DNA of 58,531 nt, filler included, from Circinaria calcarea (taxonomy: Eukaryota): assembly GCA_051942165.1 (NCBI GenBank). It is 6 parts of 6 records of this genome, joined end to end, with 100 filler letters (N's around TTAATTAATTAA, not from the genome) between each part and the next. Parts side by side here need not be neighbours in the genome. Positions count along the whole stretch, not along the records: positions 1 to 9,701 come from JAVECS010000896.1; positions 9,802 to 19,489 come from JAVECS010000897.1; 4 more parts are not named here. One strand, written 5' to 3'. The position numbers were made by a program, and so were the translations under genes. The notes under the pieces are model-generated. The model saw nothing but the letters and a program-made list of their open reading frames with translations, did not search any database and was not told the DNA's origin. Position 1 is the first letter of the stretch. Every line of letters starts with the position of its first letter. Positions 1 to 12,504 of the stretch are shown here, one piece after another.

Positions 1-1689
1 CCCCCGGGCCGGCAAACTCTCCCAGCCCTTCCTCCATCAAGAAAATTCTCATCGCCGCCCTCAGCTCCACCCAGAAAATTCCCGCACGGAGTGATCCAGA
101 GGTCTCCCGTCGGTCGTATGCGACAGACAACCGGATGCCGCTGATGATAAGAGAAGAATGAAGATTATGACTGGGAATACCGCAAAGATCCTCGGTATAC
201 CAGCTGGGTTTTTGAGAGAGTAGAATGAAACGCAAACCGTACAGTTATGACGGCAAATACCGTGTCTGATCCCCAACGTTCTTAGTAGTGTTTGAAGAAA
301 ACAGTAAATATTAGGGGTTCAGTAAATATAACTGGGCAGGTCAGGACGAAGGCATTTAGAGACGTTTCGTCAACGGAATTGGGTGATGGTAACTTGTACT
401 CTCTTGGGCGTTTGAAATCTCCGTCCCTGGAAAACTCTGGTCCTCGATATTGTTTGAGTCATACGGAAGTGGAAGAAGGGGGGGGGAAGCAGGGTAGGAA
501 ATACACGATGAATGATATGTACCCCCGGAGATTTCGGAGTTCGGCAATTCGTGAGGGCCTCCTTGCGTTGCAAAGAAAAACCTATAGAAAAGGAAATTGG
601 GAAAGTGCTAAATCACATAAAATCCGCCACCGATGTGAGTGTTGCCAGACCCAGTCCGGGTTTAAAAACTCTCCGACCACATCGCACAACCTTGCACAAA
701 TCATCAGCCCACAACAAGGGACTCAAGAAAATTAATGAGAGGCTGACTCGTCGAGAAATCAAGCCGACTAGAAGGAAAGTCGACCGGAGATCTCCCGAAG
801 GAAATACCTAGAAAAAAACATTCGTGCCAAGCCGACTCTACCTCGAATTACTTACTTTGGTATCCCCATCAGGCGGTACAAGCCCATTTATTCCCATCTT
901 GATGTAAACAGGGTGATCCTCGACTGAATTCGTAAGCAAGAGCATTCCCACCACTCGACTATACTTCCTCCCTATCCCGCTCGCCAATTCTAAGTCATCG
1001 TACTGGCACCAACTGCCAACTAGAATAGTGCAGTTCATTCTCCCCCATCCTCCCTCGTTACGTCACCCTTTAACAGTATCCCTCTTACCCCTTTCCCCTT
1101 CCCTCTTCCTCCTCTACTCGAACCCATCCCCCTTCCTTCTAGACCCCAGCCTCGACAAAAAGCATACACACTCCCTTAGTTCGCGACTTCAAGAATCAGG
1201 AATAGATCAGCTGGCCAAAGGGTTTGCTTCATGGAGCTAGGGAAAATAACGGTACAGGATGAAACAACATCTTTTGTTTCTAGTAATGCGTAATTAGTAG
1301 AAATAAGGCTGATAGCATTTGCCGTACTCGCTCCACCGGAATCACCCCTATCCCAAGACTCGAGCTCAGGTCACAGATTCAAGGCCCCTAAATCCTGAAA
1401 GTCATAGTGCAGGAGGCAAACGAGGTAGAAAAATGGCACGATTGAAACACCCAGGTCCCTTTTCCTGATGTTCTATGAGAGAGCGCAGTCTCAGTTCCAA
1501 GCCTTGTCCGTAGACTGGGATGAAAAAGCGACAAGACTTGGTTTCCCAACATTCATATGTAGAATAAGGGAGGAAGGGGTATTCTTTGGACATGGAAAAT
1601 GATGAAATGAGGTATGGATATCGAAACATCGCACTTTCATAACCCGGCCCTTAGTTCAGGAAGTACCCTTTGAGGAACACCCCAGTTGC

Positions 1690-1995
1690 CAGAAGATACT
1701 GGTCTGAAGCATACGCTATAGCTGCAAGAAATGCTGGCCTAAAGTCGCAGGATCTAGTGTGCGTTTGCGAGTTTGTCATTGCCCCGAGGTCATTGTCGTA
1801 AAGGCCTCAGCCTCGTAAAATCCACTGTCGTAAAGGTCTCAGTATTGCAAGGACACGGTCCAGGTTCGCAGTCGTAATTATCTTTCGACGACAGTACCCT
1901 TTGCGACAGTGACCCTCGGCACAGTGACCCTCGGCGACAGCGACCCTCTGCAAACATGATCATGCGCCGGTGACCTAGGCACAGTAACTCGCTGC
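1690..1995. repeat. Degenerate foldback-like array of a 15-16 bp motif (copy A)
   Basis: Right half has CGACAGTACCCTTTG, CGACAGTGACCCTCGG, CACAGTGACCCTCGG, CGACAGCGACCCTCTG (1889-1950). Left half has reverse-complement units such as GAGGTCATTGTCG and CACTGTCGTAAAGG (1786-1840). Confidence 0.55.
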
Positions 1996-2609
1996 AGGCA
2001 GGGAGTTGATTTGTCGTGTGTCCCTCAAATTTATTCCCTAAATAATCGGGAGAGATGTGAAATTGTAACATGGGGTATGAAGCTATAAATTCCAAACTCA
2101 AAAGAGAATGAAATTGCCAACTTCCTTACAGGTATATTATCATTGTCATGCGAAGGAAGGAGCAGGTTAGCTAGCTAGCCCAAGGCCTCTAGGCCATAAA
2201 GCCTGCCTTCGAGCAATAGACGGAAGAAGCAATTCTACCACCATTTCTTGCATGATGCCTACCTACCCATGACGATCGTATACCCTTTTTCCTCTCCTCT
2301 TCTTTTCCAAGCCTTGCAGTCGACATCTCCCCCCTCCACCGCCAGTATCCCTTTGCTTCATGAACCAACCCCCCAAGAACGCAAATTCCTCCCGCACTTA
2401 CCATCCAGCCACCTTTATAGAATGTATCCCGCACCCATCTTTTTCTCCCCATGAGCGATTTTCAAGTCGCATCAGCCTCTCCTCCTTCGATTCCTGGTTT
2501 TGCTATCTCCCCGGCTGGCTTGAGAATAGTATTCATTGCGCACAATTGTCCATATTGTCGGTACCTCGATTGACGAAAATGCGAATCACCGGGAAATCCG
2601 AAATTTCAA

Positions 2610-2890
2610 CCTAGTGGCCTGAAGCACGCGCGAGGGTTGCTAGGGTCACTAGCCAGAGTCACTGGCCTGAAGTACAGGGCCAAGTACCCTCGCAAGGTTA
2701 TCATTGCAAAAGGTTGCTATCGTAAGGTCACTGCTGCAAAGTCTCTGTCATGATGATTCTGCGATAAGAACGACCTTGTGGCAGTGTCTCTTGCGACAAT
2801 AACCTCTTGCGACAATGAACCCTCTGCGGCATTGTCCATCTGCGAGAAATGACCTTACGCCAGTAGCCTAGCGATAGTAATCGTGCGACA
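2610..2890. repeat. Degenerate foldback-like array of the same 15-16 bp motif (copy B)
   Basis: Left units AGGGTCACTAGCC, GAGTCACTGGCC, AAGGTCACTGCTG; right units CGACAATAACCTCTTG, CGACAATGAACCCTCTG. Shares TGGYCTGAAGCA with copy A. Confidence 0.5.
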
Positions 2891-5039
2891 AAACAGCAAG
2901 ACCATTTGGCAGTGGTATATTCTTTAGGCCGTACCTTGAAGTAAGGCATGACATTGCAGATTTTAGACTCGAGACTTATGGAGTTGCAATTTTCTGGTGA
3001 GTCAACAATTTATTTACCAACGATGTCTTGGCTCGACGGCGAATACCAATTCGAAGTAGTCGGAGATACCAGATCTCGCCAAGTGTTTGAGTTTTATAAC
3101 CCGATGTATTGTGAGGTATTTCCCCGTCTAGGAGTGGAGGACTTTGACGATATTGAGGTCGAGGGCGAGTATGGTCGACGTGACAGTTGAGGGGCGGAGA
3201 AGGTTGTGTATCTGGCAGCGCGACGCTGGGAATTTTTGTCATCGTGATAATTCATTGAGAGGGGTTGGGGAAGAGGAATCGAGCTGGAGCGGGAGTCTTA
3301 TAAGAGTAATGTTAGCCTATGAAAAGTTCAGAGCTGAAAATTTAGGAAGATTGAGAGGCGGATGTATTTTATTGACGCGTTTTAGTCGGGTAAACCAGGG
3401 AGAACACTATGCGAGAGACTGTGTGGTTATTTTCGGATGAGGAAGAGCTCTGGATAAAGGTAAATATAGAGCTTAGGTCTGGGTACTGGAAAACTCTAGG
3501 TATTCAGAATATCCTAATAATAGGTGATTTCGCTTCCCTAGTCGTGTCTGGTAACGAAGCTTTTTCTAGACCTCTTGTCCTGTCGCTAGCTTTTCCTTCC
3601 AGCTTTTCCTTCCAAGGACAGGGCGAGAGTGTGTGACTGTAGAAACCTGGCGATGGGAAAGATCTGGTATATGAGGGAGCTCAGATCTATTATGCTCCCA
3701 ATGCGTAAAGTTCTTACTCTTGTTCATTGGTGTAGATAGTGTCTTCGTAATATCGCGGTGGTATCTCCGCCAAATTTTTAAATTGCGGGCGAGAGTGGGT
3801 CCAGAGAAGAGGAGCGTGAGAGTAGAGATTATTGCTCGGAATGTTGAAGGTGATAAATCTTGCTTAGCTATCTGCTAATGGTAGTAGAGGGGATCGCTGT
3901 GAAAGCTACTGGCAGCTGTACTTACTTCGCAGGAGTGTGATTGAAACTTGTGTAAGAACGCGCAGTCGCTGCCTTTTTTGATGAAAGAGATATATATGCT
4001 ATCATCCTGTTGCATCATAAAGTCATCCCTAGAACGTGGTACTTCTTTTTTTCCCAAAGAGAAAAGAAGCCGGTGCTTGCTCCAACTTGAGCCCGTGATG
4101 GAGATGGTATTGAAGAGGATGTCGCAGAACGACGATAGTCGTAATGGTGAGTGAAATTGTTTCAAAATATAACCAAGTTTGTTTGGTTTTCTATCCTCTG
4201 CATCTCGGGATGCCCCAGTGTACGAACTGGACAATGTGATGAAGCCAGTTTGCGAGGACCAATATTCTGGAAAAGCATCTGAGGTCGATGAGCAGGTGGT
4301 GATCATCAAATTCGACAACAGGGCAAAGATGAAAAGTCACTTGTAGTAGTGAAGAGATGAGATAAGGTCGAGGTTGAGACCGATCTGCTCAATAGTTAAA
4401 CGGCGTTCAACACCATGCGCGGCGATTTCAAAACTTTGGGCGCATAGGTCCTATTAGAGTGCGTGCTGATGCCTAGAGTAACCGTTTTGTTTACGGTGAT
4501 ATCTGTAAATTCCGGTCTAGAAGAGGTAATTGGGCTGAAGATTTGTTTGAAAATAATAGGCTTTCAGAAGTCAGTCTAATCAGCAAATTGTGTACACCCT
4601 AACATATCTGTGTAGAGTGTTAGTATGGAAGACATTAACCTAGGATCTTCTTACCAAGCTCAAGCTGTTCTCAAACGGTGAGCTCTAAGTGAATTTTCAA
4701 GACTTTACTTCATCCATTTCATGACGCTAATCCATGCTCTGAAAATCACCATCAATCATAGTCGAGAGTGATTCAGAGGATCTTTGAATTTTATCGGTTT
4801 GCCCTTTCATCCAGCCGGTACCGTTATTTCCAGAGATAGAGGCTACCCTTACTAGACCAACGCAGCCAGTGGAATCAAAAGGACGAGGCGAAGGCGGATT
4901 GCTGGCCACAGGGAGGTTCTTCTTCGATAGCAATCTTCCAAAGCCATCTAGGTCTTCATCATGGTTATTTGAGAAGAGTTAAGATGGTTCTCTAAATAGC
5001 ATAACCGTGATGATGAACTCAGCTGGGCCGCTCATTTGG

Positions 5040-5580
5040 TGATGGGCTTTGATGATGGCGATAACATGAAAGGAACCAAGGACGAGGAATGCACCACCTC
5101 GGGTAAGCGTCTCATCGGGTAAAGCATTTAGTTTACCCAAGTGTAAAAGCGGCAAGACGGTAATGCGGTCCGGATGCTGCAAAAAGGGATAGTAGAGGAA
5201 GGAAGCAAACTGAGGGCGTATTGAGGGGCTTTGGACCGATTCCCGATCAGGCTGGTGTTTCCATTGTACTTATCATATTTTGGGGGTGCTCGGCCGGGGA
5301 TCCCCGTTTTACTCCGCCTAGAGGTCATTTCCTGCGATTGGTGGATCCTGGGCAAATTGTCAGAGCTGCGTTGTACCCTTGGCGATTACCGGGACGTGAG
5401 ACGCCCAACCACCGGCTTTGGAACGTTGCATACCCGTCAGACTATGTGCGGGCTCTAAATTTTAAGACGGGGTAAAAATTAGACGGCAAGATTAAGGTGG
5501 CATATTATTCCCAGAGTGACCTTGCGATCAAGAAACTGTTGGTGGAGGATGCTCGGCTTTGGCTCGTGTATCTGATACCA
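5040..5580 (+). pseudogene. Decayed coding sequence of unidentified family (RIP-like stops, frameshift)
   Basis: Protein-like frame MGFDDGDNMKGTKDEEC..RLIG*SI*FTQV*KRQDGNAVRMLQKG, then ..HRLWNVAYPSDYVRALNFKTG*KLDGKIKVAYYSQSDLAIKKLLVEDARLWL. Most stops are TAA/TAG, consistent with CAA/CAG C>T changes. Confidence 0.3.
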
Positions 5581-8516
5581 GGCAACAAACCCGACTTCAC
5601 CGTTGGATCGGGGATCGCTTGTTAGGGTTCCCCCTTGTTTTGCAGAAATCGCGCTTTTAGTAGAACATAGAGTACAACAGCAAGGTCCGTAGCAGAAAAT
5701 TGGACTGAATATGGGACACGTCTTCCATGCATCTCTTCAAACCCCATCAATCAAGTTGTGCAGATTTATGGTACATGCAGCGTACAGCGAATTGCCGAGG
5801 CGCACTGTAACCCAGCGTCCTCCCGTGAGGCAAGAGCGGTTTTTGGCAATGCGAAAGCTACTTCCAAAAAATAGAAAAAAACCAGCGACAGCAACAAAAA
5901 ATACTCATGGCAATTATACTCTATTTCAATTCCCATTCGCTTACTTGAAGATTCCATTACGGAGAGTTCGAGGAACCATAACCAAATTTTCGAACTGAAA
6001 TGCCAAAAATGTAGAAGGAGAAGAGTGCCCATCAACATGATAGATAGATTAGAGCCTGAGCCGAGCTCCCCGATGGTCGCATCTTTTTTGACCAAGAAGC
6101 TTCACATTTTGGAATGGACGCATCCACCGTCGACTGTTCTTGGATCATCGTCGGCAGCGAATGGAACCAAACCTACGGAGGTAGCAATGTGCGAAGTCTA
6201 CCAAGCGACAGCGACGGGCAGTAAGCGTGGATGAGAGATGTCCGATAGTGGTGTGCACAATGCTCCTATAACCTGGAACTAGTTCGAATTTTGTAGGGTA
6301 GCGATCAACTTCGCTGTCGTCTAGGTCCAAGTGATCTGCTCTCTCAACGTACTATGGCAAGAAGAGAGGAACCGATCTACAATAAATCATCGAGGACTGT
6401 GCGAGGGAATTCTCCGAAACTGTGTACTTTCTAAAGGCTTCATATCAGTTCCCATAAGGTCTACATTAGCGGGTAAGGGAACTTGCAGACCAGCGAAGCG
6501 CTTACGCTGCCTTTTCTCACGGATTGCCAGAGCCCATGATTGCCATTGAGAGGACCACTGGGACCTACTAGGTGCATTTATCTCAGGACTAGCACCATGC
6601 CAATCAAGGTAGATAGTATGTTAAAAAAAATTGCCAAAATGTCCACGCGGGATGCGTCAAGTTGAATGGATAAGATTAAAAGTTCACGGGCGTATTTTGA
6701 CTGCTCCCTTAAGCTGGCGATCGATGTCTATCGTGGGAACGTGAAAGCTGGCCGGAGGCACATGTTTCCTGTAACCCTATGAGTGGTTACCGAGGGAAGA
6801 TCCTTGGTTCTTATCTTGGGTTTCAAACCTTGTCAAGGCAATATGTACTGGTGGCCGGACCTTTTTTGCTTCCGTATGTCCTTGACTCGGTGACTGGTGC
6901 GAGTGTCTTTTACTTGCCCCAATAATGACCCCGTGTAACCACGACGTCAAGGTATGCACGGATTCAGGGATTCCGTATCGCTAAGTCAGCGCCTATCAAG
7001 CGGTATGTCGGTTGCTGCCGATTGCGTGATTTCGGCATCCCATACGAAGAGGATTCTCTTCCCGCATGTCGTATGTATGCGCTTGCCAAGATACCTAACG
7101 TACTCAGGATATCTCACGGGAACAGGGGTCAGAAATTGCGCAGACATCAATGAATAGCCTCGCAAGGAATCCTGCTAACATACGGGTAGACCTTTCGTCT
7201 CTCAGAATATTCCGGCTACTGGAATTCCTAGCTTGTCGGAAAGTAAGACAAAGGCTCGGTCGGCTTTGTCAATCATCGATTCCAGCCGCGTACGGGACAT
7301 TATAGGCCATAGGAAATGCCCATCCGAATTGAAGGGGTCAGAAAATCGAACAAAAATGTGATCGTCATATATCGAATTGATCGAGGACATTTACTCTGCT
7401 TGCTACCTACGGTGGTACCACAACGTTTAGGCATAATCAACCGATGGCTCGATCTGTTTACCTCGGGCTGGTTGCGTTTCCAACCACACTAGTAAAGTCA
7501 ACTTTCCACCGCACCGACCATCTCTGCGGAGATTGTAGGTTATTTTTTCTCCGGCTGATGAAGCTTGGTCTCGTCGGCCACCAAGACCCGTGAGACGGTT
7601 AGCAGCGCGGATGGCTGCTGTCGAACATGGAACCGACACCAAGTCCAAGCCGATATATCAGTTGCTAGATGTCCATGGGATGCTGCAATGCGGTGGCTGG
7701 TTTCAGGAAAAAGGTACCCAATCGCTATTGAAGCCGACAGCATCTACCTTGACTGCAGCTGCTCCCGGCTTTAGTATATACTAGCGAACCTTGTCATTGG
7801 TGACCCTTTTCTCCCATTAGCCAGTGCTTTGCATACGGATAACGAGTGTCGATGGTCGAGGATGAGTAAGTCCAGGGGGAATATCGTCGCTCTGCCTGTT
7901 TGATGGGTGACGGCAACAGCGAGGATTCGACATATGTGCACCCTTGATGCGTTAGACGGGTCCGGTACTCGTTGTAACTATTAGGCCCATTGTCAACCTT
8001 GTGAGCTAATATGCATAGCTGGAGTCACATTACCGGGCTATGCAGTGGTACCTTAAGAAATGTCTGGCAAATAAAAAGGTTTACCAGTTCTGCAAGGTAC
8101 CCAAACGCGCGCCCTTCTTACCAAATACTGGTTAAAAAGCGTTGTACACATGTCATGGGAATCCCATGTTTTCGGGCATTTTTTATACAGGACGCTTGAG
8201 AGACTGTACGTATTGCTTAACCATAGAATTGGCAAGCTGCGCTAGAAAGGGACTAATCTAGTTTTTACCAAACGCATTTGAGTTCTATGTGATTCCACCA
8301 TGATCCAAGTTTACCCCAACCGGATTTAAATGCAATGATAGAATCAAAACCGAGAGCTACAAATAGTAGATACATCCACTGACCGAAGATAGACCAGACC
8401 GAAATGAGAACCAAATTAGGAACGAACATCACTTCCATAGACGCATAAACGTACACAGTATGGAAAGAACAAAGAGTTGCGAAAGGGCTGCACTGCGATC
8501 TCGTTGACGTTGAGAA

Positions 8517-9699
8517 TCAAGTCGCGTAGTTGAAATTATAGAGCAGATTCTCGGTAGGTTCGCAAAGCGAGTTGCTGGGCAATGCAGGATCCGTCCCATT
8601 CTCAAAATCGCTATAAAAGAGCGGTTCGCCTTCCATCGCATCGACACATCCAGTGATATCTGCAAAGGAATAAGGACTTGTGTCGGAATGTGAGGACTGC
8701 CCGGTCGAGCTCGAAGTATTCAAGAAGTAGGGAATGCGGCTGCTGCTCAGGTCGTATAGATTCATCTCCATAACAGGGTCATACTCGAACTCCGAGAATA
8801 CTGGCTTATCCTCTTCAAAAATCTTTGGGTGGCACTTCTGATTCTTCGATGCTTTCCTCAGTTTTGCGTGTCTAGTAGCTTTCCCGCCTTTGGCGCCGGA
8901 TCGCTGACGCTGAGTAGCTGCCGGCTCATTTTTACCGGATTTCTTCCCGGGGACACTTCTTCGATATCTTGTCGTACTTTCAACACCATTCGCGAGGGCA
9001 GAAGGTTCAAGTACCCAGATGAAACCTTTTTTGGATTCGTCACCAGGAGGGGACTGGTCAACCTTTTTGAATGCCTAAATTTCACTGTCAATAAACGGCC
9101 TTGAATACACAAAGAAGAAGACCTACACCATTCATAGAGAGGTTATGCCTAATACTGTTTTGCCAGCCCTTTAATTCGGGATCCTTAGCCTTATCTGTGT
9201 TTTTCTCGAACCATTCGTATATATCCTTCAACACCATCCGATGATCTTTGGCACTTTTCAGCGCTCGATAGATTAGCTGCGCATATGGCTCGGAATTGAC
9301 ACCCCCGTCAGCATCACTCTCCTCGACATGAAGGCCGGCGGGATTGCTAATGATTTCATAACTGTCTGTAGGCTCAGGGGTAATGGCCGGGCACATTTCC
9401 GCTCTCGTGGATTGTGATAGGGAACGTGAAAGTGCGGGAGAATGAATTCTAGACGGCTCAAGGCTCGAACGCATTCTTGACATTTCAGCAAGAGGAGAGC
9501 GTCCGAACTGAAATTGCTGGTGGGGTGCCATCGATGAGGGGGAAGGCGCCAGATGCTTTGAAGGGTCAATATAGTATGCCGAGGGCGGATGAGCTTGCGA
9601 TATTGATCCCACGCCAGTCTTTACCGCCGTATCTGTCTCTTGACCAAAGGTACGAGGACACGTCATGGCCGAGTAGTGATCCATTTGGTCATGCGGCAT
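8517..9699 (-). CDS. Forkhead (winged-helix) transcription factor, possibly 5'-truncated at contig edge; intron 9075-9126
   Basis: EPYAQLIYRAL..MVLKDIYEWFEKNT..GWQNSIRHNLSMNG|AFKKVD..KKGFIWVL across a 52-nt GTAGGT..TTGAC..TAG intron. Exon 2 reads open to the stop at 8517. Confidence 0.9.
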
Positions 9700-9701
9700 T
9701 C

Positions 9702-9801
9702 NNNNNNNNNNNNNNNNNNNNNNNNNNNNNNNNNNNNNNNNNNNNTTAATTAATTAANNNNNNNNNNNNNNNNNNNNNNNNNNNNNNNNNNNNNNNNNNN
9801 N
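9702..9801. other. Artificial contig linker (N44-TTAATTAATTAA-N44)
   Basis: Identical 100-bp spacer with a six-frame stop cassette, repeated five times in the window. Confidence 0.98.
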
Positions 9802-10290
9802 GATCACAAGTTCAGATTTTCACAGAGCACCAAGTGTCACCAGTTGTCATCCGCTCAGACCTGATGATACTCCTCCCCCGACCACTTTAGGGGTATCTGA
9901 TATGTACGGCCCGAGAATGACGCCGAAGCAAGGAACTTCCACGCCGGACGCCGCTTATCGATTGCGTTCACTTTGCCTTCGTCAATGTGTCTGTGTCCTT
10001 CCTCGGACACCTCTGTCTTCTGTTTTCAGCCACCCACTTGCTTCTAGCATCGTCTCTCATGACCTGCGCATGACTCTTGGCTCGTCTTGAGGAATATTAT
10101 TTCTCCTGCTGCAACTTTTCTTCACTTATACTTGCCCAAGACCCCCACTGTACCTAAATTCAGAACGTGTCAGTCATTCCTCAAGCTCCAAGAGATCGAA
10201 AGCGCTGGGCGTTGACTTACGGAAGGACCGCCCAGACTACCTGAGACGTCTTCTTTTCCTTTGTCAACTGTTACTTTGGAGTCGGGCACC

Positions 10291-11083
10291 ATGGCCGAAC
10301 GAATCCTCATGAACGAATTCAAGGTGCTGTCGAAGGAGAAGTGGGTTAATGTGGAGGTGTGTATGGCCGACGCCCACGTTGATAAATGGTGTACTAAACT
10401 CGTGTGTAGCTGAATCAAGAAAATGTCTTTAACTGGAATATCGCTCTCATTGTTATCAATCCAGACTCTCTGTACTATGGCGGGTACTTCAAGGCCAAGA
10501 TGACCTTTCCGGAAAACTACCCCTACTCACCTCCAGGTAATCGGAAAGTTCTCGTTGGGAAAGTTCTTGCACTAACACATCAGTAGATTTCAAATTCATT
10601 CGACCTCTCTACCATCCGAACATCTATAAGGATGGCAAGCTATGCATCTCCATTTTACACCCCCCTGGCGATGACGAGTTGTCTGGAGAGACTGCAGCAG
10701 AACGTTGGTCACCGGCTCAGCGAGTAGAATCGGTTCTGCTATCCATCATATCCTTGCTTGACGATGCCGAGTGTTCGTCACCCGCAAACGTCGACGCTGG
10801 GGTCATGCTTCGCAAGGAACCCAAGGAGTTCAAAGCCCTCGTCACGAAAGACGTGGAACACTCTCGAAAAGATATCCCGGAAGACTTTGTCATGCCTACC
10901 CATGATTCAACAGCGCGGCCCATTGAGAAACAAGACGATCGAGACTTCTGGTATGACAGTGAACCAGGAGATTTTGGAGGCAGCGACACTGAGGAAGAGA
11001 TGGAACTGGATGAGAATGAATCAGGTCCTGATCAAGAGAGTGAAAACGAAGACGAAGACGAAGATGAAATGGATCAAGATTAA
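10291..11083 (+). CDS. CDC34: Ubiquitin-conjugating enzyme E2, Cdc34/Ubc3 type; introns 10357-10409 and 10537-10586
   Basis: MAERILMNEFKVLSKEKWVNVE|LNQENVFNW..YYGGYFKAKMTFPENYPYSPP|DFKFIRPLYHPNIYKDGKLCISILHPPGDDELSGETAAERWSP. Catalytic Cys, acidic loop insertion and long acidic C-terminal tail are present. Confidence 0.88.
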
Positions 11084-11783
11084 AGCGAAGTCCAAATACC
11101 TGGTCATGATGGGGGGTTGGCATCTTGAAACTGCATATCACCGACTGTACCTACTTAACCTTGTGCTTGTGGCTCTGGTGGGTTCACAGAGGTAGTTCCT
11201 TAGAACGGGCTAGCTACCTCACTCCTCTCACTGCTTATTTTGTTTTTCTCTATTGTGGGAGGCAGTCTGCAGCGGCCCTCCTCTTGTTGACGTGGTGCTT
11301 CTGCATAGCCCTTGGCGCTTGGAGGGGATTTGTCGGAGCACGGAGAAGGAGAATGGTAATTTGCGTGGTCTGTTATGGTGGCAAAATAGGGTATTTACGA
11401 CCTACGCCAATTGTGGACAGAGTATCGGCAATTTTGCACATACGATCACTGGGAACAAGATCTTCGTACATAAACAAAGGTTTATTACCGCTTCCGCAGC
11501 TTGGTTTAATATAACTGTAACTCGCTGTCCGTGACAACTCTGCCCCCCCTTGGAAACGAAAAGACTCCACGGCTATCTATAACTGTCTCAAGTCGGGGGC
11601 TTCCATTGCTGCTGTCCAAGGTACAGTAGTCCCCGGGCCAAAAATTTCCGCTGCTTTCTTTCCCCTTTTACCAAGATGCCACCGTACTAGAAGAACCCCG
11701 TGCCTCTAAACTAACTACTTCCCCCTCCATTTCACACTAGTCGCGCGGAGTCCCTCGTTACGGTATTCATCCTCTGTGTCTGC

Positions 11784-12212
11784 CTAATATTCATGTTCTT
11801 GATATTCTGCTGCGTTCTGCTCTGCGTCTTGCAGATCTGAGATTCGATCGGTCCATCCGATACTCGAGTGGAATTCAGGTTTCAATACTCCCCTACAATG
11901 GTAGCAGGGGGCGGATCCACATCGAAACCATGTCACGAATTTCATATGGCAGACGGATTCCCGTTCCCGTGTTACAGCATTCCCACAATAAATCCACGTT
12001 CTTCCTCGACCCATACTTAGCTGTTCCAAGCAGATTATGCATTTCTCGTTTCTCTCGCCTTTTTCTGCTGTAGCAAAAGTACTTTCCGTTGTGTGACAGA
12101 TTCGTTGGTTAAGCATCATTCGCAGTCCCAGTCTACTCTTTTGTCCCCACAGCAATGGGTTGTGTCGATCCCGCCTTGTCTTCCTTGTCCGTTTCTTAGT
12201 GGTTCTTGACAT
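11784..12212 (-). CDS. Hypothetical protein with degenerate RING-like Cys/His pattern (possibly a pseudogene)
   Basis: CIICLEQL..YCG..CHMKFVTWFRCGSAPCYHCR. The upstream P/T/A-rich frame (12116-12562) is out of frame with it. Confidence 0.35.
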   Translation of the reverse strand: MSRTTKKRTRKTRRDRHNPLLWGQKSRLGLRMMLNQRICHTTESTFATAEKGERNEKCIICLEQLSMGRGRTWIYCGNAVTRERESVCHMKFVTWFRCGSAPCYHCRGVLKPEFHSSIGWTDRISDLQDAEQNAAEYQEHEY

Positions 12213-12316
12213 ATAGGGTGCCTTATAGCCGGAATCGTCGGGATTGGAGCCGGTATCGGAGTCATTAGAGCTGCCATAGGGGTGACCGGAGCTGCCATCG
12301 GGTTGACTGGAGTTGT

Positions 12317-12504
12317 CATCGAGATGTCATCAGCCGGGATCGTATTAGTGATGGCTCGAAGATGTGGCGGTAGAGTAGTAGCCGTAGGCGTGTGCAACGG
12401 AGCTGGCGTCAAGGTGACTGGAGCGGGCAGGCATGGTGGTGTCCATCGAGATATCATCAGCCGGAATCGTATTAGTGATGGCTCGAAGATGTGGCGGTAG
12501 AGTA
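12317..12504. repeat. 61-bp direct repeat, two copies (12317-12377, 12444-12504)
   Basis: CATCGAGATRTCATCAGCCGGRATCGTATTAGTGATGGCTCGAAGATGTGGCGGTAGAGTA; the two differences are both G/A. Confidence 0.9.

Noticed and set aside
61..1630. Short ORFs at the window start
   Set aside because: No recognisable motifs or splice-supported model; likely spurious or decayed.
9746..9757. Palindromic TTAATTAATTAA recurring every ~9.8 kb as a biological repeat
   Set aside because: Always centred in exactly 44+44 Ns; it is a synthetic six-frame stop linker.
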